Shown: in pieces, positions 1-10,363 of the stretch | How the letters are laid out: each line of letters opens with the position of its first letter | Numbering within the stretch: position 1 is the stretch's first letter | Source: Clostridia bacterium | GTDB taxonomy: Bacteria; Bacillota; Clostridia; UBA1381 | Reading direction: 5' to 3' | Length of the DNA stretch: 64,000 nt | Assembly (NCBI GenBank): GCA_036307445.1 | Contig: JAXJXP010000029.1 | Location: forward strand, 580 to 64,579 | Notes under the pieces: model-generated | Seen by the model: the letters and a program-made list of their open reading frames with translations, nothing else | What the model was told of the DNA's origin: nothing | The model's database searches: none | Made by a program: the position numbers and the translations under genes

Positions 1-662
1 TAAGGTACAAACTCAGTTCCTGACGAAACAGAATTAATATACGCATCTTTTGCAGCAGGAAGACACTCCATTACTCCTCTCTGGCATGCATCATCCGCGT
101 CGCCTCTGATAAACTCATTGAACGCAACACAAACACTGTCGTCTGATAAAATTTCAGGATATGCAGCACGATACGTCATTACAACCGTCCCGTCATCAGC
201 AGTTTCTGCACCATTTATATAGCAATCCTTAATTATACGTTCTCCCTGTGGAAGTGTTATCAGAACCTTATTTTCATCCTTGTTCCATAAAACATCCGCG
301 CCAAGAGCCTCACTTACCGCACGTACAGGTATAAGTGTTCTGTTATTTAAGGAAAATGCCGGTGTTTCAAGTTTCTTTTCCTCACCATTAATATAATACT
401 TATCTTCTCCCAGTGTAAGCATCAACGAAGAAAACCTCTTTGAAGCATATACAGTGTTTGTTTCAGGAATCCAGTCCACACTTGCACCAAGCTCTTCAAA
501 TATTTTTCGCAATGGCACAAAAGTACGATTATCGACTACAACAGGCGGCTGGTCGTCAAATACCACTTCTCTTTCATCAACAAATACAGAAACCTCTGCA
601 TAAGCAACAGACATCAAAAGAAGAAACGATAATGTATATATCATTATCCTTATTAACTTCAT
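1..662 (-). CDS. Secreted protein with copper-amine-oxidase N-terminal-like (stalk) domain; 3' end lies outside the window
   Basis: Hand translation of the minus strand from the ATG at 662-660 gives MKLIRIMIYTLSFLLLMSVAYA (signal peptide), then VFVDEREVVFDDQPPVVVDNRTFVPLRKIFEELGASVDW, typical of the Cu_amine_oxidN1 fold. The frame stays open to position 1. It is missing from the ORF track because no stop lies in the window. Confidence 0.6.
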   Translation of the reverse strand, partial: MKLIRIMIYTLSFLLLMSVAYAEVSVFVDEREVVFDDQPPVVVDNRTFVPLRKIFEELGASVDWIPETNTVYASKRFSSLMLTLGEDKYYINGEEKKLETPAFSLNNRTLIPVRAVSEALGADVLWNKDENKVLITLPQGERIIKDCYINGAETADDGTVVMTYRAAYPEILSDDSVCVAFNEFIRGDADDACQRGVMECLPAAKDAYINSVSSGTEFVP

Positions 663-683
663 ACAACCACCCCCTGCTTAGTT

Positions 684-1652
684 TTAAGAAATGCTGCGGA
701 AAAGATCTTCGTTCTTTACAACATTAAATCGTGCTTGAAGCTTCCACTCATTCATAGCAGCATCAAGCTTCTCGCGTGCTGCAACACTTTCAATCCTATC
801 AGAAACATCTTCTCTATTAATCGGCAAACGTTTTATTATATGAAAACCAAGACTGCTTTCAACCAAAGTTACACCGTTATATTCAAGAGATGCAGTACCT
901 TGCTCAAATTCAGGTACCATTTCTCCGCTTGCAAAAACATAGCCATTCGGATTCGTCTGAAGTCCCGGATCCTCCGAAAGCTCGTTCATCAGCATATCAT
1001 AATCTTCGCCGGATAAAATTCTTTGATATGTTGCTTCTGCAAGGGCTTTTTTCTTAAGCTTCACTTCTTCAGAAAGCGGAAGTCTTGTTGAAGTATCAAC
1101 CGTGGCAAAAAGAATATGCTTCGCATTATAATACTCCTCGGACACCTTACTAAATGCAGCATCTCTGTCACTTTCTGTAATTGGCGATTGTTTTACTGCC
1201 AGCTCCGCAAGTTTTTCAGAATATATTTGTGATTCGCATAACATTTCGATAAAATCATCATCTATACCAAGCTGTGTTAAAACAGTGTTATAATTGTTTT
1301 TACCGCCATATTGCATTATGAAATTTTGCTCTAATCTATCGGCATTTGCTTCTTCTGCATCGGTCAAATCAATGTCAAGAAAGTCAGCTATTTCGATATA
1401 AGCGATATTTTCAGCAGCAAGCTCCAAGGCACGTTCTTTGGCGACGTCAATCGCTTTCATACCCTCAATTTCCTGAGTTTGCCAATCCTCATCCGTTGCA
1501 AGTTCCGTTCCGCTCATTTGAGATTTTATGCTATTTAAGTAAAACTCAAACTCTCCCTTTGTAATCTTTTCATTACCTGCTGTTGCAACATAATCCAGAC
1601 CGCAAGAGGATAGTGCGAGAACAACTGATAAAATTACTAATATCTTTTTCAT
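684..1652 (-). CDS. prsA: PrsA/SurA-like parvulin-type peptidyl-prolyl isomerase lipoprotein
   Basis: Lipobox LALSSCG at the N-terminus. PpiC rotamase region (AKHILFATVD ... GFHIIKRL). Confidence 0.85.
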   Translation of the reverse strand: MKKILVILSVVLALSSCGLDYVATAGNEKITKGEFEFYLNSIKSQMSGTELATDEDWQTQEIEGMKAIDVAKERALELAAENIAYIEIADFLDIDLTDAEEANADRLEQNFIMQYGGKNNYNTVLTQLGIDDDFIEMLCESQIYSEKLAELAVKQSPITESDRDAAFSKVSEEYYNAKHILFATVDTSTRLPLSEEVKLKKKALAEATYQRILSGEDYDMLMNELSEDPGLQTNPNGYVFASGEMVPEFEQGTASLEYNGVTLVESSLGFHIIKRLPINREDVSDRIESVAAREKLDAAMNEWKLQARFNVVKNEDLFRSIS

Positions 1653-1695
1653 ATCTGTATTCTCCTGTATTGCAGATTTATATTATAATTATAAC

Positions 1696-4600
1696 CTATT
1701 TACCTTCGTTCTTCAATGATAAAATAGTCTGTAACACAAATTTAACATTGTTAAGCTTACTCTTTGGCTCCTTTTCAAAGTAAGTTATCTGAGGTATTTG
1801 CGATGTTCCTACCTTAATATTCATAGGGAACTTACCGATAAGTGCTATTACCGTTTCTGGTTCAAGCGCTCCCTCGTTAAAGGTGAATACAAAACGTCCT
1901 CCCTGTTTCTCGCTTATTTCAACTACACCGCACTCAGATGCTACAGTCTTGATTTCAGAAATCTTTATAAGATTCATTACCGCTTTTGGCACATCACCAA
2001 ATCTGTCAATAATTTCATCAATTACTTCTGCAGAATCTTCATCAGAAGCAATTGCAGCAATTTGTTTGTAGGCGTCAATACGTTGATTCTGATTTTTAAT
2101 ATACTTTTCAGGAATATATGCATCAACAGAAATATCAATCAATACCTCAGCATCTCCTTGTATCTTTTCGCCCTTTACCTCTCTGACACTTTCAGAAAGA
2201 AGTCTGCAGTACATATCATAGCCAACAGAATCCATATGCCCGTGTTGCTGTGCTCCCAAAATATTGCCTGCACCTCGTATTTCCAAATCACGCATTGCTA
2301 TTTTGAAGCCTGAGCCAAACTCAATAAACTCTCTTATAGCACTAAGACGCTTTTGTGCCGTTTCTGAAAGCACCTTATCACGCTTATAGGTCATATACGC
2401 ATATGCACTTCTTGTCGAGCGACCAACTCTTCCTCTAAGCTGATAAAGCTGCGATAATCCCATTCTGTCTGCGTTTTCTATGATAATTGTGTTAGCGTTG
2501 GGGATATCAAGTCCTGTTTCGATAATGGTAGTACATACAAGAATATCGGTATCACCGTTTACCATACTGTACATAATATCCTCAAGCTCATCTTCCTTCA
2601 TTCTTCCGTGAGCCACTGCAACTCTTGCATCCGGAATAAGCTTTCTGATATTCTCAGCGACAGTAAATATACCTTGTATTCTGTTATATAAATAGAACAC
2701 CTGTCCTCCTCTTGCAATCTCCTTTTTCATTGCATCAGCAAGAACAATCGGATTATGCTCCATTACATACGTTTCAACTGGATATCTGTTTTCAGGCGGC
2801 GTCTCAAGAAGGCTCATATCACGAACCGACAGCATTGCCATATGCAAAGTTCTTGGTATCGGTGTGGCTGTCATAGAAAGAACATCAATGTTCTTCTTAA
2901 GTTCCTTAATCCGTTCCTTATCCGCAACACCAAACCTCTGTTCTTCATCTATAATCAGCAGTCCTGCGTCTTTAAATTCAATATCTTTCTGCAATAATCT
3001 GTGTGTGCCGATAATAATATCTATCTCACCTGTTTTAACCTTTTTTATAATATTCTTCTGTTCCTTTTCTGTGCGGAAACGTGATAACATTTCTATTGTG
3101 ATAGGAAAATCAGCCATTCTTTTTCTGAAGGTTTCAAAATGCTGCATCGCCAGAATAGTTGTAGGACAAAGGTATATTACCTGTTTCGAATCGGTTGCAG
3201 CCTTAAATGCCGCACGAAGCGCTATCTCTGTTTTTCCGTATCCGACATCACCGCAAAGCAGTCTGTCCATCGGTCTGTCATTTTCCATATCAGCCTTAAC
3301 TTCTTCAATTGATCTTAATTGGTCAGGAGTTTCAGAAAAGGCAAATGTATCCTCAAAATCTCTCTGCCACGGAGTATCTCCGGAAAATGCAAAGCCTTTT
3401 GTATGTTCTCTTTCCGCATACAATTCAACAAGCTGCTTCGCCATATCTGCAGTTGCAGTTTTAACTCTTTGTTTTGCCTTGTTCCATTCACTGCCGCCAA
3501 GCTTATTAAGCTTAATCGTCTTTTCGCCACTGCCGACATATTTATAAAGCATATCCATCTGGTCAACTGGTACGTATAAAGTATCAGTACCATGATATTT
3601 AATATGAAAATAGTCCTTTGTTACACCGCCAACCTCCATCTTCTTAATGCCACAGTATTCACCGATACCATGCGCTCGATGGACAACATAATCTCCTACA
3701 TTTATATCGGTATATGCTTTGATTCTTCTTGCTTTATCAATCTTTTTGGCTCTTCTGCTTTTTTCTGCGGCAAAAATATCTTGTTCAGAAATAAGAACAA
3801 AAGAAAGCTCAGGATATTCAAACCCCTTCTTGCTATTGCCTTTAATAACAGTTATTTCGCCTTTATTAAATTCAGCACCGTCTTCGAGGTATGTTGCCAA
3901 AAAGCCCTTTTCATTAAGCGTACCGGCAAGATTTTTTCCCTTCGAACCGCTTGCAGTAAGTATTACAACAGTAGCACCTGCTTTTTTCCACCCGGTCAAA
4001 TCATCATAAAGATACTCTATTTTACCATGCAGGGAAACAGTACTCTTGGTTACAAAATCAACTATCAACGTATATTTGAAATCAAGTGATGTGTGAGCCA
4101 GCAAATTTAGTGATATTCTATTATGCGATGATAGCATTTCACAAAAAGCTCTGTATGCAATCCACGGAAGTGGCGTTTTGGGTATCATAACCTTACCCAA
4201 AAGTTCAGATATTCTTTCCCCTTCTTCCCATTCAAGCGTCTTAGCTCTTTCATTAAGACGTTTAGGCTCAGCAACAAATACAAGAGTGTCCTTTTCAAGA
4301 TGATCACATATGCACGGTATATTTTCAAAGAGGTATCCAATATATTTGTCAATAGCAGGAAATCTTTCATCCTCAGAATGCAATTCTTGTTCGTGTTCCA
4401 ATACTTGTAATAATTCTTCTGATGTGCTTTTTCTTCTTATAGCTTTATCAATATAATCTGAAAGCTTATTATTCTCTTCTTCTGTAAGGCACAGCTCAGA
4501 TACCGGTATTATACGACATTTGTCTACGTTTAGTTTAGACCTCTGGTCAACAGGATCAAAAAAACGAACAGAGTCAATCTCGTTATCAAAGAACTCAATT

Positions 4601-5157
4601 CTGACAGGCTCTTCATTATTAGGCGAAAAGATATCCAGAATACCTCCACGAACAGAAAACTGCCCCTGAACCTCAGTCATATCACATCTTTTATATCCCA
4701 TTGTAACAAGATTTTTTGTTAGTGACTCAATATCATAGCACTCGCCAACAGACACATCAAAGGCAAGCTTATCGAATCTATCCTTAGAAATAGTATAAGA
4801 TAGACAAGCAGCAACTGATGCTACAACAACTGCACCGTCTTTTATACGATCAAGTGCAAAAAGCCTTTGCAGTTCCCTTTCGTGATTTCTCACATCAATG
4901 TTATGAAATACGTATTCTTTATCAGGAAACAGTACCGCTTTATCTGTATAAAGCTCAAGCTCTCTTACCATTGCACGTGCTTCATTTTCGCTGTACACGA
5001 CAACAAGCGCACCTCTCTTATGAGACAGTGCGCCAATGAGTTGAACCTGTGCGGCCTCGGAGATACCGGAAACTGACACAGCTCCATTAGTCTTTGAAAT
5101 TTCCTTTTTTAACTGTTCATACGGCTTATAACCGTCTAAAATGTTAAGCAAATTCAT
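1696..5157 (-). CDS. mfd: Transcription-repair coupling factor Mfd
   Basis: 1153 aa. Contains a CarD-like RNAP-interacting region (VGDYVVHRAHGIGEY), SF2 helicase motifs (GDVGYGKTE, DEEQRFG, SMTATPIPRTL, QLRGRVGRS) and a TRCF C-terminal domain. Confidence 0.96.
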   Translation of the reverse strand: MNLLNILDGYKPYEQLKKEISKTNGAVSVSGISEAAQVQLIGALSHKRGALVVVYSENEARAMVRELELYTDKAVLFPDKEYVFHNIDVRNHERELQRLFALDRIKDGAVVVASVAACLSYTISKDRFDKLAFDVSVGECYDIESLTKNLVTMGYKRCDMTEVQGQFSVRGGILDIFSPNNEEPVRIEFFDNEIDSVRFFDPVDQRSKLNVDKCRIIPVSELCLTEEENNKLSDYIDKAIRRKSTSEELLQVLEHEQELHSEDERFPAIDKYIGYLFENIPCICDHLEKDTLVFVAEPKRLNERAKTLEWEEGERISELLGKVMIPKTPLPWIAYRAFCEMLSSHNRISLNLLAHTSLDFKYTLIVDFVTKSTVSLHGKIEYLYDDLTGWKKAGATVVILTASGSKGKNLAGTLNEKGFLATYLEDGAEFNKGEITVIKGNSKKGFEYPELSFVLISEQDIFAAEKSRRAKKIDKARRIKAYTDINVGDYVVHRAHGIGEYCGIKKMEVGGVTKDYFHIKYHGTDTLYVPVDQMDMLYKYVGSGEKTIKLNKLGGSEWNKAKQRVKTATADMAKQLVELYAEREHTKGFAFSGDTPWQRDFEDTFAFSETPDQLRSIEEVKADMENDRPMDRLLCGDVGYGKTEIALRAAFKAATDSKQVIYLCPTTILAMQHFETFRKRMADFPITIEMLSRFRTEKEQKNIIKKVKTGEIDIIIGTHRLLQKDIEFKDAGLLIIDEEQRFGVADKERIKELKKNIDVLSMTATPIPRTLHMAMLSVRDMSLLETPPENRYPVETYVMEHNPIVLADAMKKEIARGGQVFYLYNRIQGIFTVAENIRKLIPDARVAVAHGRMKEDELEDIMYSMVNGDTDILVCTTIIETGLDIPNANTIIIENADRMGLSQLYQLRGRVGRSTRSAYAYMTYKRDKVLSETAQKRLSAIREFIEFGSGFKIAMRDLEIRGAGNILGAQQHGHMDSVGYDMYCRLLSESVREVKGEKIQGDAEVLIDISVDAYIPEKYIKNQNQRIDAYKQIAAIASDEDSAEVIDEIIDRFGDVPKAVMNLIKISEIKTVASECGVVEISEKQGGRFVFTFNEGALEPETVIALIGKFPMNIKVGTSQIPQITYFEKEPKSKLNNVKFVLQTILSLKNEGK

Positions 5158-5167
5158 ATAAATTCAC

Positions 5168-5737
5168 CTATTTGTTTTTTGAATTAAATAAGTTCATAGC
5201 ATCGTTAGGTTTTCCCGATATAATAAGCTCGCAAGCTTTTGCCGCTCTTGTTATAGAATCCTCAAGTACTTGAATTTCACTTTTAGAAAACCTGCCAAGC
5301 ACGTGATCTGCAAGATCTGCACCATCTGCCTTTGCACCCACACCAATTTTTATTCTGAAAAATTCATCAGAACATAATCTGTAAATAATTGATTTAAGAC
5401 CATTATGTCCGCCGGCAGAGCCTTTCGGTCTTATTCTGATATTTCCGCAATTAAGGCTTACATCATCATTTATGATAATAACATTTTCGGGCGGAATTTT
5501 ATAAAAATCACAAAAATCCCCGACACAGTTTCCAGACAGGTTCATATATGTCTGAGGTTTTATCAAAAGCACCTTTTCACCGCCAATAAATGTTTCGCCG
5601 AAAAGTCCTTTAAATTTGAGTTTGGTCACCTTAACACTATGCTTATCTGCAAAATAGTCTATGAAATGAAAACCAATGTTATGCCTTGTCATATCATATT
5701 CCCGTCCAGGATTACCAAGACCAGCTACTATATACAT
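5168..5737 (-). CDS. pth: Peptidyl-tRNA hydrolase
   Basis: Canonical N-terminus MYIVAGLGNPGREYDMTRHNIGF and GGHNGLKSI motif. It sits in the conserved pth-mfd position. Confidence 0.95.
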   Translation of the reverse strand: MYIVAGLGNPGREYDMTRHNIGFHFIDYFADKHSVKVTKLKFKGLFGETFIGGEKVLLIKPQTYMNLSGNCVGDFCDFYKIPPENVIIINDDVSLNCGNIRIRPKGSAGGHNGLKSIIYRLCSDEFFRIKIGVGAKADGADLADHVLGRFSKSEIQVLEDSITRAAKACELIISGKPNDAMNLFNSKNK

Positions 5738-6624
5738 TATTTACCGTCCCTCCAAGATATAACATACTCTCTGTCAAGCATTATCTGCTTTGATAGTTCG
5801 TCAATAGTATCAAATTTTATCTCACCGCGTATGCGTTTATAAATATCAACATCAATCTTCTTGCCGTAAAGCTCGCCATCATAATCGAGTATATGAACCT
5901 CAACTGTTCTTTTCTCTGCATTAAAGGTAGGATTCTTGCCAATATTTAAAACAGCAGCAGAAGTTATATCAAGATATTTACATATGCAGCAATAAACGCC
6001 ATCTTTAGGTAAAAGCTGTTCATCACAGATTTTAATATTTGCAGTTGGAAAACCAAGCTTTCTGCCATTTTGCAAGCCCTTTACAACAGTACCGGAAATT
6101 CTCATCGGTCTTGTCATAAGCTTGTTTGCAGTTTCTATATATCCCTCAGTAATCAAGTCTCTGATAAAGCTACTTTTTACTGCGTTGTTACCAACATATA
6201 CAGCCTCAGTGATAGCAGTATCAATACTAAACTTATCAAGCCCTGTTTTTAGTTCTTCTGCATTCGCAGACGCACCTCTTCCGCAACGATAGTCATATCC
6301 AACAGAGACAGCCTTTACACCTATTCTGTTCAGATATTGGCAAAATTCGGCACAAGACATACTCTTAAATTCTTCATCAAAATCAACTACATAAGCAAAA
6401 TGAATACCAAGTGAAGATAATATACGAAGCTTTTCCTCAAGAGTTGTTATTACTTTAATGCCGCTTTGTGAATGATGCCTGAACAAAAGTACACCAAAAC
6501 TTTTCCCTGTTATCCTTGCGTTTTTGATTACTTCCAAGTGCCCGAGATGAATACCGTCGAAATTACCAAGAGCAATCGCAGGAAAAGGTTGTTCAATTTT
6601 TTCGTTAGAATAATAAATCTTCAC
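5737..6624 (-). CDS. ribF: Bifunctional riboflavin kinase / FMN adenylyltransferase
   Basis: LGNFDGIHLGH nucleotidyltransferase motif. C-terminal riboflavin kinase region (GFPTANI, VEVHILDYDGELYGK). Its stop overlaps the pth start. Confidence 0.93.
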   Translation of the reverse strand: MKIYYSNEKIEQPFPAIALGNFDGIHLGHLEVIKNARITGKSFGVLLFRHHSQSGIKVITTLEEKLRILSSLGIHFAYVVDFDEEFKSMSCAEFCQYLNRIGVKAVSVGYDYRCGRGASANAEELKTGLDKFSIDTAITEAVYVGNNAVKSSFIRDLITEGYIETANKLMTRPMRISGTVVKGLQNGRKLGFPTANIKICDEQLLPKDGVYCCICKYLDITSAAVLNIGKNPTFNAEKRTVEVHILDYDGELYGKKIDVDIYKRIRGEIKFDTIDELSKQIMLDREYVISWRDGK

Positions 6625-6630
6625 CTGTTT

Positions 6631-7512
6631 TCAACTCCAAAATGATTTTTTAAGTACAAGCTCAGAGCCATTATAGTATGATACTGACAAAAAATTGCTT
6701 TCTGTGTCATATACACGATACAGCTTGTTTTCTGCAAGACCTGATATTCTTATTTTTATACCGTTCTTGTGCATAGACGCCAAACGATTATTTAACACAA
6801 CTTTATCATACTCTCCAAATACCATATCCGGCCGTATAACCACAGAACTAAGTTGCTCGTTAATTTTTAATTCCTCCAGCTCTGAAAGTGTATGGCAATC
6901 AGATATCTCAAAACCGCCACTTTCTGTTCTTCTTAAGCTTTCCATATATCCGCCGCAACCAAGCCTGTTTCCAATGTCCTCGCAAAGAGTGCGGATATAT
7001 GTACCCTTTGAGCATTTAACATCTATCGTAACTCTGTCATTCTTTAAGTCAACATCTAAAATATCAATAGAATATATTTTAATCTTTCTTGGCTCACGCT
7101 CAACGGTTATGCCTTTTCGTGCTAACTCATAGAGCTTTTTTCCGTCCTTTTTTATAGCAGAAAACATAGGCGGAATCTGTTCGATTTCGCCTATAAATTC
7201 ACTTATTATGTTTTCTATATCCTCTTTGGTTACATTGACTTCTTTTTCTGTAAGAACGTTCCCTGATGCATCCTGAGTATCAGTTGTTTTACCAAGAACG
7301 AGTGTTGCGGTATATCTTTTATTGGAAGATGTCAGCATATCACATACCTTTGTGGCCTTGCCGATACAGACGGGTAATACACCGCTTGCATCAGGGTCCA
7401 GAGTACCTGTATGTCCCACCTTTTTAATACCTGTAAGCCGTCTTACAAAATAGACCATATCGTGCGATGTTTTACCAAGAGGTTTGTCTATCAGGATAAT
7501 TCCGTCCATCAT
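6631..7512 (-). CDS. truB: tRNA pseudouridine(55) synthase
   Basis: GIILIDKPLGKTSHD and GHTGTLDPDASGVLPV (catalytic Asp motif), plus a PUA-like C-terminus. A 4-nt ATGA overlap with the alaS stop suggests translational coupling. Confidence 0.95.
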   Translation of the reverse strand: MMDGIILIDKPLGKTSHDMVYFVRRLTGIKKVGHTGTLDPDASGVLPVCIGKATKVCDMLTSSNKRYTATLVLGKTTDTQDASGNVLTEKEVNVTKEDIENIISEFIGEIEQIPPMFSAIKKDGKKLYELARKGITVEREPRKIKIYSIDILDVDLKNDRVTIDVKCSKGTYIRTLCEDIGNRLGCGGYMESLRRTESGGFEISDCHTLSELEELKINEQLSSVVIRPDMVFGEYDKVVLNNRLASMHKNGIKIRISGLAENKLYRVYDTESNFLSVSYYNGSELVLKKSFWS

Positions 7513-10145
7513 TTAACCTGAGCAGTAACAATTGCTTCAACAGCAGCCAAAGCTTCGTCTGTCCTAGAGGCGTCTTTTCCGCCGCCTTGAGCCATATCAG
7601 GCTTACCGCCGCCAGAACCGCCCGCAAGCTTTGTAACCTCTTTTATAATATTGCCTGCGTGTACACCCTTTTCAACAGCACTCTTAGTGGCAGTAGCAAG
7701 GAACATAAGCTTATCACCGGAAAGTGATGCCAAAACAGCAACACCGCAATCCATTGAATCTTTAATCTTATCGCCCATTGTTCTCAAATCAGGAACAGAA
7801 AGACCGTCTGCACGTCCAACGGCAACCTTAACACCGTCTATCTCCTTCGCATTTGCCAAAACATCATCAGCCTTGCCGCCTGCAAGCTTTGCATTAAGTG
7901 ATTCAAGCTTTCTTGAAGTTTCTTTAGCTTCTGCAACTACAGCCTCTGCCTTCTTGTCAATTTCGTTGAGGAGGTTTGTTTTAAGTGCAGCTGCAGTTCT
8001 TGCTATAAGCTCGTCGTTGTTTTTAATATACTCAAGAACGCCTTCACCTGTTACAGCTTCAATTCTTCTCGTTCCTGCCGCAACGCCCGACTCGGACAAA
8101 ATCTTAAACAAGCCTGCTTCAGCAGTGTTAGTAAGATGCGTTCCACCGCAGAACTCAACAGAATAATCGCCCATAGATACAACTCGTACAACATCACCGT
8201 ATTTTTCGCCAAACTGAGCTGTTGCACCAAGTTTTTTAGCCTCATCTATTGGCATTTCCTTCACAACAATAGGCATTGCACTAAGGATTGCTTCATTTAC
8301 CTTAGCCTCAACCTCTGTAAGCTGCTCCGCCGTCATTGCCTCGAAGTGAGAGAAGTCAAATCTCAAATGCTTTGAGTTAACAAGCGAGCCTGCCTGTGCA
8401 ACGTGCGAGCCGAGAGTATCTTTAAGAGCTTTGTGGAGAAGATGAGTTGTTGAATGGTTTCTGCAAATCGCCATTCTGTTCTTCTTGCAAACCTTCATTT
8501 CAACCCTGTCACCTGTTGAAATATCCTCTAATGTATCTATCTCGTGAAGGTATATTCCATCACCGTTTTTGGTTGTGTTTTTTACTACAGCAACCTTTTT
8601 ACTATTCACGAAAATAGAGCCGATATCGCCTGCCTGACCGCCCATTTCTGCGTAGAACGGAGTTTCTTTTGTAACAAGAACAGCCTTCTTGCCTGCTAAA
8701 ACAGTTGCACACACTTCGCCGTCTGCTGCAAGACCAGCAACAGTCGTTTCGTGTGTAAGCTTATCATAGCCTACAAAAGCAGTTGACGAAACACCCTCAA
8801 AGCTATAGCTTGTCTCAGCATCCCAGCTTGAGCCGTCTTTTCTTGCTGCTCTTGCTGTTGTTTTTTGATTTTCCATTTCAGCCTTGTATCCGTCTAAATC
8901 TACACTAAGACCTTTTTCTTCGCAAATCTCAACTGTAAGGTCAATCGGAAAACCGTAGGTATCATTGAGCTTAAACGCTTCTTTTCCGCCAAGCATCGTC
9001 TTTCCCTCTGCTTTAGCTGCGTCTATATACTCATTCAGAATTGAAAGACCGTTGTCGATAGTGGCAGCAAATCTTTCTTCCTCAATCTTGATAATTTTTT
9101 TGATATAATCTCTCTTTTCCGAAAGCTCCGGATATCCCTGAGCAGATTCGTCGATAACAGTATCAGCAACCTTATACAAGAAGGCATCCCTAACATTAAG
9201 AAGCTTGCCATGGCGTGCAGCACGTCTTAAGAGTCGTCTTAAAACGTAACCTCTTCCCTCATTGGACGGAATAACACCATCTGATACCATCATTACAGTG
9301 CTTCTGATATGGTCTGTTATTACACGTAGTGAAACGTCTTTGTTTTCATCATCATGATAGTTGATACCTGCAAATTCAGAAATCTTTCTCATAATATTTG
9401 TTACAGTATCAACCTCAAAAAGATTGTTTACACCCTGAACAACTGCAGCAAGTCTTTCAAGTCCCATACCGGTGTCGATGTTCGGGTTAGGAAGTCTGTT
9501 ATAATTGCCCTCCTCGTCCTTATCAAACTGTGTAAATACAAGATTCCAAACTTCCATAAAGCGGTCGCAATCACAGCCGAGCTTGCAATCGGGCTTGCCG
9601 CAACCACACTCTACACCTCTGTCAACGTGTATTTCAGAACAGGGACCGCAAGGACCTGTACCATGCTCCCAGAAGTTTTCAGCCTTACCCATCTTAACGA
9701 CTCTTTCCGGTGCGACTCCAATTTCATTTACCCAGATATCTCTCGCCTCGTCATCTTCTTCGTACACAGTAATCCAAAGTACATCAGGTGAAAGACCTAT
9801 TTCCTTAGTCAAAAATTCCCATGCCCACGAGATTGCCTCTCTCTTGAAATAATCACCGAATGAAAAGTTTCCAAGCATTTCAAAGAAAGTGCCGTGTCTT
9901 GCCGTTTTACCGACATTTTCAATATCAGGAGTTCTGATACATTTCTGACAGGTTGCAACTCTTCTTCTCGGAGGTGTCTCAGCACCTGTAAACCATGGTT
10001 TCATCGGCGCCATACCTGAATTTATCAAAAGAAGACTGGCATCGTTTTTTGGAACTAACGAAAAGCTGTCCAATCTCAAACAGCCCTTGCTTTCAAAAAA
10101 GCTTAAAAATTTCTCTCTGATTTCGTTTACACCGTATTTTTCCAT
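7509..10145 (-). CDS. alaS: Alanine--tRNA ligase
   Basis: Class II AlaRS motifs (FFESKGCLRLDSFSLVP, RHGTFFEMLGNFSFGDYFK), editing-domain HxxxH/CxxxH (HSTTHLL, CGGTH) and a C-terminal DHHA1 region. I moved the start to the Met of MEKYGVNEIREKF, the 12th codon of the tracked ORF. Confidence 0.95.
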   Translation of the reverse strand: MEKYGVNEIREKFLSFFESKGCLRLDSFSLVPKNDASLLLINSGMAPMKPWFTGAETPPRRRVATCQKCIRTPDIENVGKTARHGTFFEMLGNFSFGDYFKREAISWAWEFLTKEIGLSPDVLWITVYEEDDEARDIWVNEIGVAPERVVKMGKAENFWEHGTGPCGPCSEIHVDRGVECGCGKPDCKLGCDCDRFMEVWNLVFTQFDKDEEGNYNRLPNPNIDTGMGLERLAAVVQGVNNLFEVDTVTNIMRKISEFAGINYHDDENKDVSLRVITDHIRSTVMMVSDGVIPSNEGRGYVLRRLLRRAARHGKLLNVRDAFLYKVADTVIDESAQGYPELSEKRDYIKKIIKIEEERFAATIDNGLSILNEYIDAAKAEGKTMLGGKEAFKLNDTYGFPIDLTVEICEEKGLSVDLDGYKAEMENQKTTARAARKDGSSWDAETSYSFEGVSSTAFVGYDKLTHETTVAGLAADGEVCATVLAGKKAVLVTKETPFYAEMGGQAGDIGSIFVNSKKVAVVKNTTKNGDGIYLHEIDTLEDISTGDRVEMKVCKKNRMAICRNHSTTHLLHKALKDTLGSHVAQAGSLVNSKHLRFDFSHFEAMTAEQLTEVEAKVNEAILSAMPIVVKEMPIDEAKKLGATAQFGEKYGDVVRVVSMGDYSVEFCGGTHLTNTAEAGLFKILSESGVAAGTRRIEAVTGEGVLEYIKNNDELIARTAAALKTNLLNEIDKKAEAVVAEAKETSRKLESLNAKLAGGKADDVLANAKEIDGVKVAVGRADGLSVPDLRTMGDKIKDSMDCGVAVLASLSGDKLMFLATATKSAVEKGVHAGNIIKEVTKLAGGSGGGKPDMAQGGGKDASRTDEALAAVEAIVTAQVK

Positions 10146-10363
10146 TGTATCTCTGCTCCTTACGCATAAATATTGCATTATATCTTATATATTATACCTA
10201 AATTACATTAACTTGTCAAGTTTAAAGAGAGTTTATATTGAGTACTAAAATAATATTAAATTTTATCATACAAAAAACGACCTCTTTTTTTACATTTTAT
10301 ATTGAAATTTCTGTTTAAATCTGTTACAATAGATTATATATGTACGAAAGGATGGGTTTTGAT

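Noticed and set aside
2864-3547. A 227-aa plus-strand ORF inside mfd. Similar long antisense ORFs include 7651-8166, 16515-17024, 19823-20407, 41556-42284, 53682-54200 and 60268-60795.
   Set aside because: All lie antisense to genes with unambiguous family motifs. They have low-complexity Ser/Leu/Ile-rich translations, no SD sequences, and no recognisable domains. They are typical shadow ORFs of AT-rich genomes.
10146-10363. A possible T-box leader upstream of alaS (alaS is T-box regulated in Bacillus).
   Set aside because: The gap is only about 218 nt and is shared with the divergent walR promoter. I found no T-box sequence (AGGGTGGNACCGCG-like), specifier-loop architecture or terminator. 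Only an Infernal scan could settle it formally.
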